From Minisyncoccota bacterium (GTDB lineage Bacteria; Patescibacteriota; Minisyncoccia; Phycocordibacterales; DSPV01), in contig JBAZSH010000004.1 of the NCBI GenBank assembly GCA_041662545.1, forward strand, positions 1,803 to 65,802: a DNA stretch of 64,000 nucleotides. The letters are read 5' to 3'. Position numbers and translations under genes: made by a program. The notes beneath the pieces were generated by a model. It was not told the origin of the DNA. It saw nothing but the letters and a program-made list of their open reading frames with translations, and did not search any database. Shown one piece after another: positions 39,350-47,521 of this stretch. Every line of letters starts with the position of its first letter. Positions within the stretch are counted from its first letter, which is position 1.

Positions 39350-41206
39350 ATGCTTATTTCCTATAACTGGCTTCAGAGATATTTTGAAAAAAAACTACCA
39401 ACAGCAGAAAAGGTGGCTGAAATTTTAACATTCAGTGCTTTTGAAATTGAGAGCGTTGAATCCCTCGACAAACTAGGGACAGAAGAAAAAGATTTTGTTC
39501 TGGATGTGAAAGTCCTGCCCGACCGCGCCCATTACGCGCTTTGCCATCGTGGCATCGCTAGAGAATTGGCGGCGGCAAAACCAGATTTACGGATGTCAGA
39601 CATCCGTCATTTACAGACATCTGACATCTGTAAATTGAAGCTTTTGAAAATAGAAATTGATAACCTCACTGACTGTCGCCGTTACATCGGCCGCCAGATA
39701 GAGGGTGTGAAGGTTGAACCTTCACCAGATTGGATAAAAAAACTGTTGGCTTCCGTTGGTCAGCGTTCAATAAATAACATCGTAGACGCGGGAAATTTCG
39801 TAATGTTTGATATGAATCAACCACTTCACGCTTTTGATGCTGACAAAGTAAAAGGCACCATTCAAATTCGTAGGGCAAAAAAAGGCGAAAAAATTATCAC
39901 TTTGGATGATAAAGAAATTGTCCTTGACCCAGAAATTTTAATTATCGCAGATGACGAAGGGCCACTAGCAATCGCCGGTATCAAGGGTGGTAAAAAAACC
40001 CAAGTAACAGAAAAAACGAAAAATATAATCTTGGAATCAGCTAATTTCAATCCAACACTCATCAGAAAAACCGCCCAAAAATTGAATCTCCAAACTGATG
40101 CCTCCAAGCGTTTTGAAAATGACCTTTCGCCAGCCATTGCCGAGACAGCAATAAACGAATTGTCGACATTAATTGCTGAAGTTTCGCCCAACGCCAAATT
40201 CGGTGAATTAGTAGATGAATATCCCAAACCGGTAAAACAGAAAATCGTTAAAGTTTCTCCTGATTTTGTCGCCCAAAAACTTGGTGTAAAAATTTCCGAA
40301 AAAGAAATCGCGGATATTCTAGCGCGACTTAATATTGTCAACAGTATTATTCCAGCTGAAAGAATGGATCTACAAATTCCCGAGGACTTGGTGGAAGAAA
40401 TCGGCCGGCTTTATGGCTATGATAAAATTCCAGCGGAAAAATTGCCACCCGGTAAAACAAAACCAGAAATTAATAAAAATTTTTACTGGGAAAATCGCAT
40501 CCGACAAATTTTAATGGAATTGGGCTTCTCCGAAATTATGACTTCTTCTTTTCGGCCGAAAGGGGATTTAGAAATAGAAAAACCGCTAGCTTCCGATAAA
40601 GCTTTTTTGCGAACCCAACTCGCCGACCAACTAGCTATCAATTTAAAATTAAATACGCTCAATGCGCCACTCTTGGGTTTGAAAAAGGTAAAAATTTTTG
40701 AAATCGGTAGAGTGTTCCCAAAAAATGGCGAGGGGACCCATCTGGCACTCAACGATTTTGCCGAAGCCAAAACTGCTTTGGAAAAAATTCTCGGCGAAAA
40801 GATTACCACCTCGAGTCGCGATGACATTTTGGAAATCAATCTTGGCGCGCTGATAGAAAACCTTCCTGAACCAAAGACAACAAGGTTAAACCTTGAAGAG
40901 CAGAAAGGTTCAACCTTTAAATCTTTCTCACTCTATCCTTTTATCGTTCGCGATATCGCGGTTTTTGTGCCAACAGATGTTACAGCCGAAAAACTCTGGA
41001 TGACAATTGAAAAGGGAATTGGCAAAGAAAAAAATTTACTAATTAATCATTATCTTTTTGACGAATATCAAAAAGCCGACAAAAAATCTCTAGCTTTTCG
41101 ATTAATTTTTCAAGCGCCAGACCGCACCCTAACCGATACTGAAGCCAATAAAATTATGGGAAAAGTTACCGCCACCGTCTCTCAAAATAACTGGCAAGTA
41201 AGATAG
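39350..41206 (+). CDS. pheT: Phenylalanine--tRNA ligase beta subunit (short form)
   Basis: ISYNWL, INNIVD, QPLHAFD, DASKRFE, DLVEEIGRLYGY, RDIA, RTLTD. Confidence 0.93.
   Translation: MLISYNWLQRYFEKKLPTAEKVAEILTFSAFEIESVESLDKLGTEEKDFVLDVKVLPDRAHYALCHRGIARELAAAKPDLRMSDIRHLQTSDICKLKLLKIEIDNLTDCRRYIGRQIEGVKVEPSPDWIKKLLASVGQRSINNIVDAGNFVMFDMNQPLHAFDADKVKGTIQIRRAKKGEKIITLDDKEIVLDPEILIIADDEGPLAIAGIKGGKKTQVTEKTKNIILESANFNPTLIRKTAQKLNLQTDASKRFENDLSPAIAETAINELSTLIAEVSPNAKFGELVDEYPKPVKQKIVKVSPDFVAQKLGVKISEKEIADILARLNIVNSIIPAERMDLQIPEDLVEEIGRLYGYDKIPAEKLPPGKTKPEINKNFYWENRIRQILMELGFSEIMTSSFRPKGDLEIEKPLASDKAFLRTQLADQLAINLKLNTLNAPLLGLKKVKIFEIGRVFPKNGEGTHLALNDFAEAKTALEKILGEKITTSSRDDILEINLGALIENLPEPKTTRLNLEEQKGSTFKSFSLYPFIVRDIAVFVPTDVTAEKLWMTIEKGIGKEKNLLINHYLFDEYQKADKKSLAFRLIFQAPDRTLTDTEANKIMGKVTATVSQNNWQVR
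40881..40918. repeat. REP-like doublet inside pheT, encodes RLNLEEQKGSTF
   Basis: caaggttAaaccttg...aaaggttCaaccttt. Confidence 0.75.
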
Positions 41207-41207
41207 T

Positions 41208-43016
41208 ATGAACAACATCCGCAATTTTTGTATTATCGCTCACATTGATCACGGCAAAAGCACACTGGCTGATCGGTTTTTGGAGTTGACCGGTACCATT
41301 GAAAAAAGAAAAATGACTGATCAGGTTTTAGACCGAATGGAGTTGGAACAAGAAAGGGGAATTACGATAAAAATGAAACCGGTCCGGATGATCTATGGTA
41401 ATTATATTTTGAATTTAGTTGATACGCCGGGGCACATTGATTTTTCCTATGAAGTATCGCGGGCCTTGCGGGCAGTGGAAGGCGCGATTTTGTTGGTGGA
41501 CGCTACTCAAGGCGTGCAAGCGCAAACTCTAACTACTTTGGAAATGGCGCGCGAAGCGGGGCTCAAAATTATTCCCGTTGTCACTAAAATTGATTCTCCT
41601 CTCGCTCTAATTGAAGAAACTAAAACGGAGTTGGCAAAAGTTTTAGATTGTTCTGTGGAAGAAATTTTGGAAGTATCAGGTAAAACAGGAGAAGGAGTAG
41701 AACAGTTGCTGAAAGTTATCATTGAAAAAGTGCCCTGCCCGTCCGATAGGCGGGCTCCGCCAAAAACCCTAAAAACCGACGACTCTGGAAATTTCCGCGG
41801 TCTAATTTTTGACTTCAAATATTCAAACCACACCGGCGTTACTGTTTATCTGCGGGTTTTTGGTGGCGCAATTTCCAAAAAAGATAAGCTGGCTTTCGTT
41901 GCCAGCAAAAGAAAATTTTTACCGATTGAGATCGGGATTTTTTCACCATTGGAAATACCAACTGAAACACTGACGGCTGGAGAAATCGGCTATATCACCA
42001 CCGGCATCAAAGAACCGGGCATAGCTTTAGTCGGAGACACGGTTGTATCTGCCGATAAAAATTTGCTGGCGCTCGAAGGTTACCTTGCGCCCAAACCGGT
42101 CGTCTGGGCTTCCATCTATCCAGAAAGCCAAAACAATTGGAATGATTTACGCCAAGCATTGGGGCGACTGAGTTTATCGGACTCTTCCTTTTCTTATGAA
42201 GAAGAATCTTCGGGAACTTTAGGGCGAGGTTTTCGTTGCGGTTTTCTTGGTATGCTCCATTTGGAAATTGTTGCCGAGCGCCTTCGTCGAGAATTTAATT
42301 TGTCATTGGTGGTCACTCTGCCTTCCATTACCTATGAAATTTTGGACAAGAAAAATAAAAAGCGAACCATTTACTCGCCTAGCCAATTTCCCAACGACGG
42401 CGAAATTCTAAAAATTTATGAGCCCTGGGCAAAAGTTAAAATCATCACACCGGCTGATTATCTTGGTGAAATTATTCAATTGGTTCATCGCCACGAGGCG
42501 ATAGTCATACAAACCGAAACCTTCGGCGGCAATCGCAATTCTTTGGAATTGGATATGCCTTTGCGAGAATTAATGCGCGACTTTTTTGATGAAATTAAAA
42601 GTGCCACGGCTGGCTTTGCTTCATTGTCATATAAAATCACCGAGCCAAAAGAGGCCGATGTTGTCAAAATGGAAATCTTAGTTGCCGAAGAACCAGTGCC
42701 AGCTTTCGCTCGTATCATTTCTCGTCTCCGACTTCAAGAAGAAGCTGACGCGGCGGTGGAAAAACTTTACAAAATTCTGCCGAGACAAATGTTCACCACC
42801 AAAATCCAAGCCAAAGCCCTCGGCCGAATTATCGCCTCACGAACTTTGAAGGCCCTGCGTAAAGATGTTACCGGCTACCTTTATGGTGGCGACATCACTC
42901 GCAAAAGAAAACTTTGGGAGCAACAAAAAGAAGGCAAAAAGCGCCTGAAGGAGCAGGGTAGAGGCAGAGTAAACATCCCGCCCTCGGTTTTTCTGAAGAT
43001 GATAAAGAAGGATTAA
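41208..43016 (+). CDS. lepA: Elongation factor 4 (LepA)
   Basis: IRNFCIIAHIDHGKSTLADR, GFRCGFLGMLH, YGGDITRKRKL. Confidence 0.96.
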   Translation: MNNIRNFCIIAHIDHGKSTLADRFLELTGTIEKRKMTDQVLDRMELEQERGITIKMKPVRMIYGNYILNLVDTPGHIDFSYEVSRALRAVEGAILLVDATQGVQAQTLTTLEMAREAGLKIIPVVTKIDSPLALIEETKTELAKVLDCSVEEILEVSGKTGEGVEQLLKVIIEKVPCPSDRRAPPKTLKTDDSGNFRGLIFDFKYSNHTGVTVYLRVFGGAISKKDKLAFVASKRKFLPIEIGIFSPLEIPTETLTAGEIGYITTGIKEPGIALVGDTVVSADKNLLALEGYLAPKPVVWASIYPESQNNWNDLRQALGRLSLSDSSFSYEEESSGTLGRGFRCGFLGMLHLEIVAERLRREFNLSLVVTLPSITYEILDKKNKKRTIYSPSQFPNDGEILKIYEPWAKVKIITPADYLGEIIQLVHRHEAIVIQTETFGGNRNSLELDMPLRELMRDFFDEIKSATAGFASLSYKITEPKEADVVKMEILVAEEPVPAFARIISRLRLQEEADAAVEKLYKILPRQMFTTKIQAKALGRIIASRTLKALRKDVTGYLYGGDITRKRKLWEQQKEGKKRLKEQGRGRVNIPPSVFLKMIKKD

Positions 43017-43178
43017 CCACTATTAAAAAATCGGGGTGTAAAGCAAAACCATACTGACTGAAACAAGAATACCAAGCACTATCCAAACCATCCTGATTCT
43101 TTTTTTATTCTGTTGGGAAAAAAGCATCGTCATTTTTTTATGATATCATATTATCTTGGATTACAAAATATCAATAAT

Positions 43179-43553
43179 ATGTTACCAAAAATCAAAAAAA
43201 TCTTTTTTGCCCAATGGAAAACCGCGATTATGATAATTTTGGTGATATTCGCCGGTCGAGCAGCCTTCAATATTTATGGCCGATATCAAGACAGCCGAGC
43301 CAGTTTAGCGTTGATAGAAAAAGAATTGACGACAATAGAAAATAAAAAAACGACCTTGGAAAAAACCACGACAGCATTAAAAACCGAAGAGGGGATTAAG
43401 GAAGAAATTCGACAAAAATATCAAGTTGCCCAAGACGGCGAGCAGTTAATAGTAATTATTGATGATGAACAAAAAAAACCAACTGAAACTCCGGAAAAAC
43501 GGACGGGAATTTGGCAACCGATCTTAAAGTTTTTCGGCCTAGAGCGGAATTAG
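43179..43553 (+). CDS. Septum formation initiator (FtsB/DivIC-like) protein
   Basis: TM, coiled coil, EEIRQKYQVAQDGEQLI; stop codon lies inside tRNA-Gly. Confidence 0.75.
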   Translation: MLPKIKKIFFAQWKTAIMIILVIFAGRAAFNIYGRYQDSRASLALIEKELTTIENKKTTLEKTTTALKTEEGIKEEIRQKYQVAQDGEQLIVIIDDEQKKPTETPEKRTGIWQPILKFFGLERN

Positions 43554-43614
43554 TTTAGTGGCAGAACGAGTGCTTCCCAAGCATTAGACGCGAGTCCGAT
43601 TCTCGCATTCCGCA
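43544..43614 (+). tRNA. tRNA-Gly(CCC)
   Basis: GCGGAAT/ATTCCGC acceptor, anticodon loop TTCCCAA, T-loop TCCGATT. Confidence 0.92.
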
Positions 43615-43640
43615 AAATAATTTGCTATAATCTCCGCATT

Positions 43641-43877
43641 ATGAAAAAAGTAACAATTTACTCCACCGCCTCGTGTATGTATTGCAAACTGGCGAAAGAT
43701 TTTTTTAATGAGCATAACATCAAATATGAAGAATTTGATGTGGGCAATGATTTGGAAAAAAGGCGAGAGATGGTAGAAAAAAGCGACCAAATGGGCGTGC
43801 CGGTAATTCAAGTGGGTGATGAAATTATCGTCGGTTTCAACAAAGCTCTCCTTTTGGACTTATTAAAAATTAAATAG
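43641..43877 (+). CDS. Glutaredoxin/NrdH-like redoxin
   Basis: YSTASCMYC, QMGVPVI, IVGFN. Confidence 0.92.
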   Translation: MKKVTIYSTASCMYCKLAKDFFNEHNIKYEEFDVGNDLEKRREMVEKSDQMGVPVIQVGDEIIVGFNKALLLDLLKIK

Positions 43878-43883
43878 TGACTA

Positions 43884-43955
43884 GCTCTCATAGTTCAACG
43901 GATAGAACGGCGCACTCCTAACGCGCAGATCCAAGTTCAATTCTTGGTGAGGGCA
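43884..43955 (+). tRNA. tRNA-Arg(CCT)
   Basis: GCTCTCA/TGAGGGC acceptor, anticodon loop CTCCTAA, GTTCAATTC. Confidence 0.92.
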
Positions 43956-43956
43956 C

Positions 43957-43985
43957 TTGACAGATAAATCACACTATGCTAGGAT
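43957..43985 (+). promoter_or_regulatory. Sigma70-type promoter of the 44036/44312 cassette
   Basis: TTGACA-17 bp-TAGGAT with extended TG. Confidence 0.6.
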
Positions 43986-44035
43986 ATTAGGTAGTAAACA
44001 AAAGGCCTTTTAGGGCCTATTCCGTTCATTGACAT

Positions 44036-44251
44036 ATGATAGAAAAACACAAAATCGTCACAACGGTAGTGTTGGGGCTGGCGGTAGTTATACTACTGCT
44101 TTGCCGCTCCATTGCTCCAAAAGAAAGGGCAGCGGAACAACAGGTCGTTGAGACCAATGCAGTTTCTTCCGCGCAGGCGGAGAAAGTCATCAGTAATGCT
44201 GATGGTTCAGTCATTGTGCGAGACAAAGGTGCCTCGTTCAAGATTCGGTAG
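44036..44251 (+). CDS. Small membrane-anchored hypothetical protein
   Basis: N-terminal TM, 71 aa. Confidence 0.55.
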   Translation: MIEKHKIVTTVVLGLAVVILLLCRSIAPKERAAEQQVVETNAVSSAQAEKVISNADGSVIVRDKGASFKIR

Positions 44252-44311
44252 TCGGTCAGTCAGTAAACAACAAAAAAACAGAAACGCAGACAAACAGAAA
44301 GAAACAGCAGT

Positions 44312-45397
44312 ATGAAAAAAACAGCAATCAAGTCAATCGTGGCAATGTTCATTGCCTTCACCATCATCGCCTTCAGCGCCTACGCTCAAGATCCGCCCAA
44401 TCCGCCCACCAGTGGTGGTAGCGGAGGAGGTGGAAGCAGTCCGGTCATCACCGCCCTGCCGATGATCCAATCCCAAGATGCCCTGCGCAACTATGCGCTC
44501 GACATCGCCAGGTTCGGCACGAGGAGCGTCAATGCTCCGACGCTGGACTGGAACTGGGTTGGGAACATCAACTACACCAACGCAACCGGCGCCTACGGCG
44601 AGCAAATATTGGACAAGTTGTTCAACGCAGAGTTCGTCTATCGACTGACAAATCCCGAGGACAAAATCTCCGGTTATGTCTATCTTTACGACGCCAAATT
44701 CGGCAACGACAACAATCCAAATATGTTGTTCTTCGGCAATGCCAGCTACACGCTGGCTGACCTCAAAGTCAGCAAGCCACAGTACAACATTTGGATGCAG
44801 AGCATTCCGCTCCCTCTCTCCAATGTGAGTTCCGCAGAGGTTCTCGCTTTGGATGAAGATGGCAAGACGGCACGGCGCGAGTCATTGGACATCAACAATG
44901 GACAACCCAAGCTCAATCCCTGGTTTGCAGGAGCGCCAAATGGCATCCTGGCTGTGAAATTCCAGGACGGTTCGTTGGTTACCTATGACCTCGCCAGTCC
45001 GACCGGCGAAGTGCCAGTCGGTTCTCACGAGTCGGCGGCGTGGAAAGTGGACGGCCACTATGTCTACAAAACCGGCGAGAAGCCGACTAGGGTGAAAATC
45101 ATTGAGACATGGCAACGGCCTTCGGTTCTTCTGGAAGCCACCGCCCCTCAGTACATCGTCATTGATGTCCTCGGGATTGTCCAAATGGATGGGAAAACCA
45201 TCTTTGAGCGACCTGTGTCAATGGAAGTAACTCGCCAGGACAGTGGAGAAACGGCGACAGTCGTCTTGAACAATGAGATGACCGACCCGCCGAAGGTGTT
45301 GTTCCCAGCCGGACAATTCCGAATCCGGTTCAACTGGACCAACTTCGGAAAGCCCAACAATATCTACACCGGCCCCACCGACGGCGGCAAGGGCTAA
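44312..45397 (+). CDS. Secreted hypothetical protein with visibly higher GC than neighbours
   Basis: Signal peptide ending AYA-Q, Gly-rich linker, hairpin terminator at 45421-45452. Confidence 0.75.
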   Translation: MKKTAIKSIVAMFIAFTIIAFSAYAQDPPNPPTSGGSGGGGSSPVITALPMIQSQDALRNYALDIARFGTRSVNAPTLDWNWVGNINYTNATGAYGEQILDKLFNAEFVYRLTNPEDKISGYVYLYDAKFGNDNNPNMLFFGNASYTLADLKVSKPQYNIWMQSIPLPLSNVSSAEVLALDEDGKTARRESLDINNGQPKLNPWFAGAPNGILAVKFQDGSLVTYDLASPTGEVPVGSHESAAWKVDGHYVYKTGEKPTRVKIIETWQRPSVLLEATAPQYIVIDVLGIVQMDGKTIFERPVSMEVTRQDSGETATVVLNNEMTDPPKVLFPAGQFRIRFNWTNFGKPNNIYTGPTDGGKG

Positions 45398-45479
45398 AGC
45401 CCAACTGACAAGTGCGATTCAAGCCCCGATGTAAACATCGGGGCTTTTCTTTTACAAATTATCATAATATACTTTAGAT

Positions 45480-45606
45480 TATGAAATGTCGTTGAAGGCG
45501 TATATTGAGCGGGGGCTTGCGAGCGCGACTGGCGCGAGCACGAGGAAAATTTTAGTAAAAATTTATCCGTGCCCCGCGAGACATATGCCGAAAAAGGCAT
45601 TTCATA
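45480..45606 (+). repeat. ~125-nt structured dispersed repeat, copy 2
   Basis: tatgaaatg/catttcata ends; core cgttgaagg...ggcttgcgagcgcgactggcgcgagcacgaggaa...tatccgtgc. Confidence 0.9.
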
Positions 45607-45612
45607 AACAAT

Positions 45613-45873
45613 ATGACCGACGAAGAAAAAGAAATTTTGGAAAGAACTTACGAATTGGCAAAAGACACCAACGACAAAGTGTCCCGCCTTTACCGCAGTC
45701 ACCGATGGGGGAGAGCGATCAAAATTATTTATTGGGTGGCAATTATTGGTATGTCCCTCGGCGCCTACTGGCTCATTCAACCCTATGTAGACCAACTCAA
45801 AGAAGTTTACAGCGGCGTCGGCGACACCGTTGACACCATTCGCACCACCAGCCAAAACTTGCTAGGTTTTTAA
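45613..45873 (+). CDS. Small membrane protein
   Basis: MTDEEKEILERTYELAKDTN...IIYWVAII...IQPYVDQL. Confidence 0.75.
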   Translation: MTDEEKEILERTYELAKDTNDKVSRLYRSHRWGRAIKIIYWVAIIGMSLGAYWLIQPYVDQLKEVYSGVGDTVDTIRTTSQNLLGF

Positions 45874-45903
45874 AAAGCATTGAGATATAATATAATTAAA
45901 TTA

Positions 45904-46215
45904 ATGGAACCAACATCAACTGAACAAAAAACTGACAAGCCGGTTTCGCTTGTTGTCGGAATCATCGTTTTGATTCTGACCGTTGCCATTGTCATATATT
46001 TTTTCACCAGCACCAATGTTAGCAAAAATCCTCAGGTAATAATGGAAAACAATAGAACATCGTTATTGGCAAGAATAAACACCGTCAACCAGGCACCCTT
46101 GACCCGCGAAGAAAAAATAAATATTCTTGAAAAGTATGGCGGGGCTCAAACCTCTCAATATAATTTTACCGACGAGGAAAAAGTAAAAATTTTAAAAGCG
46201 TTGAATGGGAAATAG
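45904..46215 (+). CDS. Hypothetical membrane-anchored protein
   Basis: TM then duplicated T.EEK..IL motif. Confidence 0.65.
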   Translation: MEPTSTEQKTDKPVSLVVGIIVLILTVAIVIYFFTSTNVSKNPQVIMENNRTSLLARINTVNQAPLTREEKINILEKYGGAQTSQYNFTDEEKVKILKALNGK

Positions 46216-46271
46216 ATATCCCCAAATGGTAGGTCTTGACATTGATTATCCGTTTGTATATACTTTTAGAT

Positions 46272-46499
46272 ATGGATACGACAATGTTAATAAAAACTAA
46301 AAAAAATCTTAAATTACAAGCGCAGGAACTGGCCAGCGACCTCGGTTTTTCTTTGACAGATATTATCAATGCGTCTTTAAGGCAATTCATTATTAATCAA
46401 GGTATGACAATTTCTAAAATACCTACGGAGAACTTAGATATATATACCAATAAAAATAATATACTTTCTGCGTATCAAGCGTCCTTGAAAGAATTTTAA
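46272..46499 (+). CDS. RelB/DinJ-like antitoxin
   Basis: LKLQAQELASDLGFSLTDIINASLRQFI; TTGACA-17-TATACT promoter at 46236-46264. Confidence 0.82.
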   Translation: MDTTMLIKTKKNLKLQAQELASDLGFSLTDIINASLRQFIINQGMTISKIPTENLDIYTNKNNILSAYQASLKEF

Positions 46500-46505
46500 A
46501 ACGAT

Positions 46506-46775
46506 ATGATTCTTTTAAAAACAAAGAATTACAAAAAAAGTGCGGCTTCTTTGCCAAAAAAAGATCAGAATTTGCTCTCTTCTCGAGAGAAGTTGTTGGC
46601 AGAGAATATATTTCATCCAAAACTTCACACTAAAAAATTAAAAGGATTTCCGACCGACAAAGTTTTTTCTTTTAGAATTACGCGTGTATGTAGAGGAATA
46701 TTTCGTTTAAGGGAACAAGATGTTGTCTTGTTTGCAATTGGTCATCGTAAAGATATTTATCAGTCCTTAAAATGA
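46506..46775 (+). CDS. RelE/ParE-like toxin
   Basis: FHPKLHTKKLKG...FSFRIT...IGHRKDIY. Confidence 0.82.
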   Translation: MILLKTKNYKKSAASLPKKDQNLLSSREKLLAENIFHPKLHTKKLKGFPTDKVFSFRITRVCRGIFRLREQDVVLFAIGHRKDIYQSLK

Positions 46776-46853
46776 TTCAAGGTTATCCACAGGACGATTC
46801 ACGACATCGTCTACCCCCTAAATAATCTAAATAATGTATGATATAATAAAATT

Positions 46854-47519
46854 ATGGAAGATATAAAAAAAATTCACCCGGCTTTGCTCTCAATAATTTC
46901 CATTGCTGTTTTTGTGGTAAGTTTTATCGGCGCTCCCTATATTTTTGCGCAAACCGCATTTGACTTTTCGCTTTCAAGTGGAGATAAAAGTGTAGTTCAG
47001 GGTAGTTCGGTTTCAAATACAATAACTACCACCCCAACCCCAACATCGGGAACTCCAACTCCAGTTTCTTTTAATGTTTCTGGATTGCCACCAAATAGCT
47101 CGGCATCTTTTTCACCTGCTTCCTGCACTCCGCCTTGCGCGCCAACAATAACTATCTCAACAGACCCCTCAACTCCCGCTGGCGTATATCCTATTACCGT
47201 CGTCGGAATATCTAATGCTCTCGCCCCATCTGGCGCAGGGATATGGAATCTAATCAGTGGTAGTTCGTTCAATGGTGATGGAATTTGTCGATATGAATTC
47301 TCGTGTGACGATATTCTGAATAGTCCGGTAGAACCAGAATATAATGGCACTTCTAATTCAGTAATTCGAAATGGCGTTAGTTGTTCAAACATTGGTGTAA
47401 ATTCAACCTGCATATACAGCTACTTCGAGACACCCTGTGGTGGCGGGTCGGGTGAAAATAAAGGGGTAAGTATTGGTTCTATGGGGTATAAACGGGTCTA
47501 TAAATGTGTTGCCAATTAA
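46854..47519 (+). CDS. Secreted protein with an incomplete Ig-like domain and Cys-rich tail
   Basis: Signal/TM, DFSLS..VVQGSS...VSGLP..ASFSPASCTPPC..TPAGVYPITVVG. Confidence 0.7.
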   Translation: MEDIKKIHPALLSIISIAVFVVSFIGAPYIFAQTAFDFSLSSGDKSVVQGSSVSNTITTTPTPTSGTPTPVSFNVSGLPPNSSASFSPASCTPPCAPTITISTDPSTPAGVYPITVVGISNALAPSGAGIWNLISGSSFNGDGICRYEFSCDDILNSPVEPEYNGTSNSVIRNGVSCSNIGVNSTCIYSYFETPCGGGSGENKGVSIGSMGYKRVYKCVAN

Positions 47520-47521
47520 TT

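Noticed and set aside
38639-41206. Short pheS and pheT as pseudogenes
   Set aside because: Catalytic motifs are intact and ORFs uninterrupted; domain loss fits genome reduction.
45486-45833. ORFs 45486-45833, 54530-54766 and 823-1101 as proteins
   Set aside because: They are translations of the 125-nt repeat (shared LASATGASTRKI) overlapping real genes.
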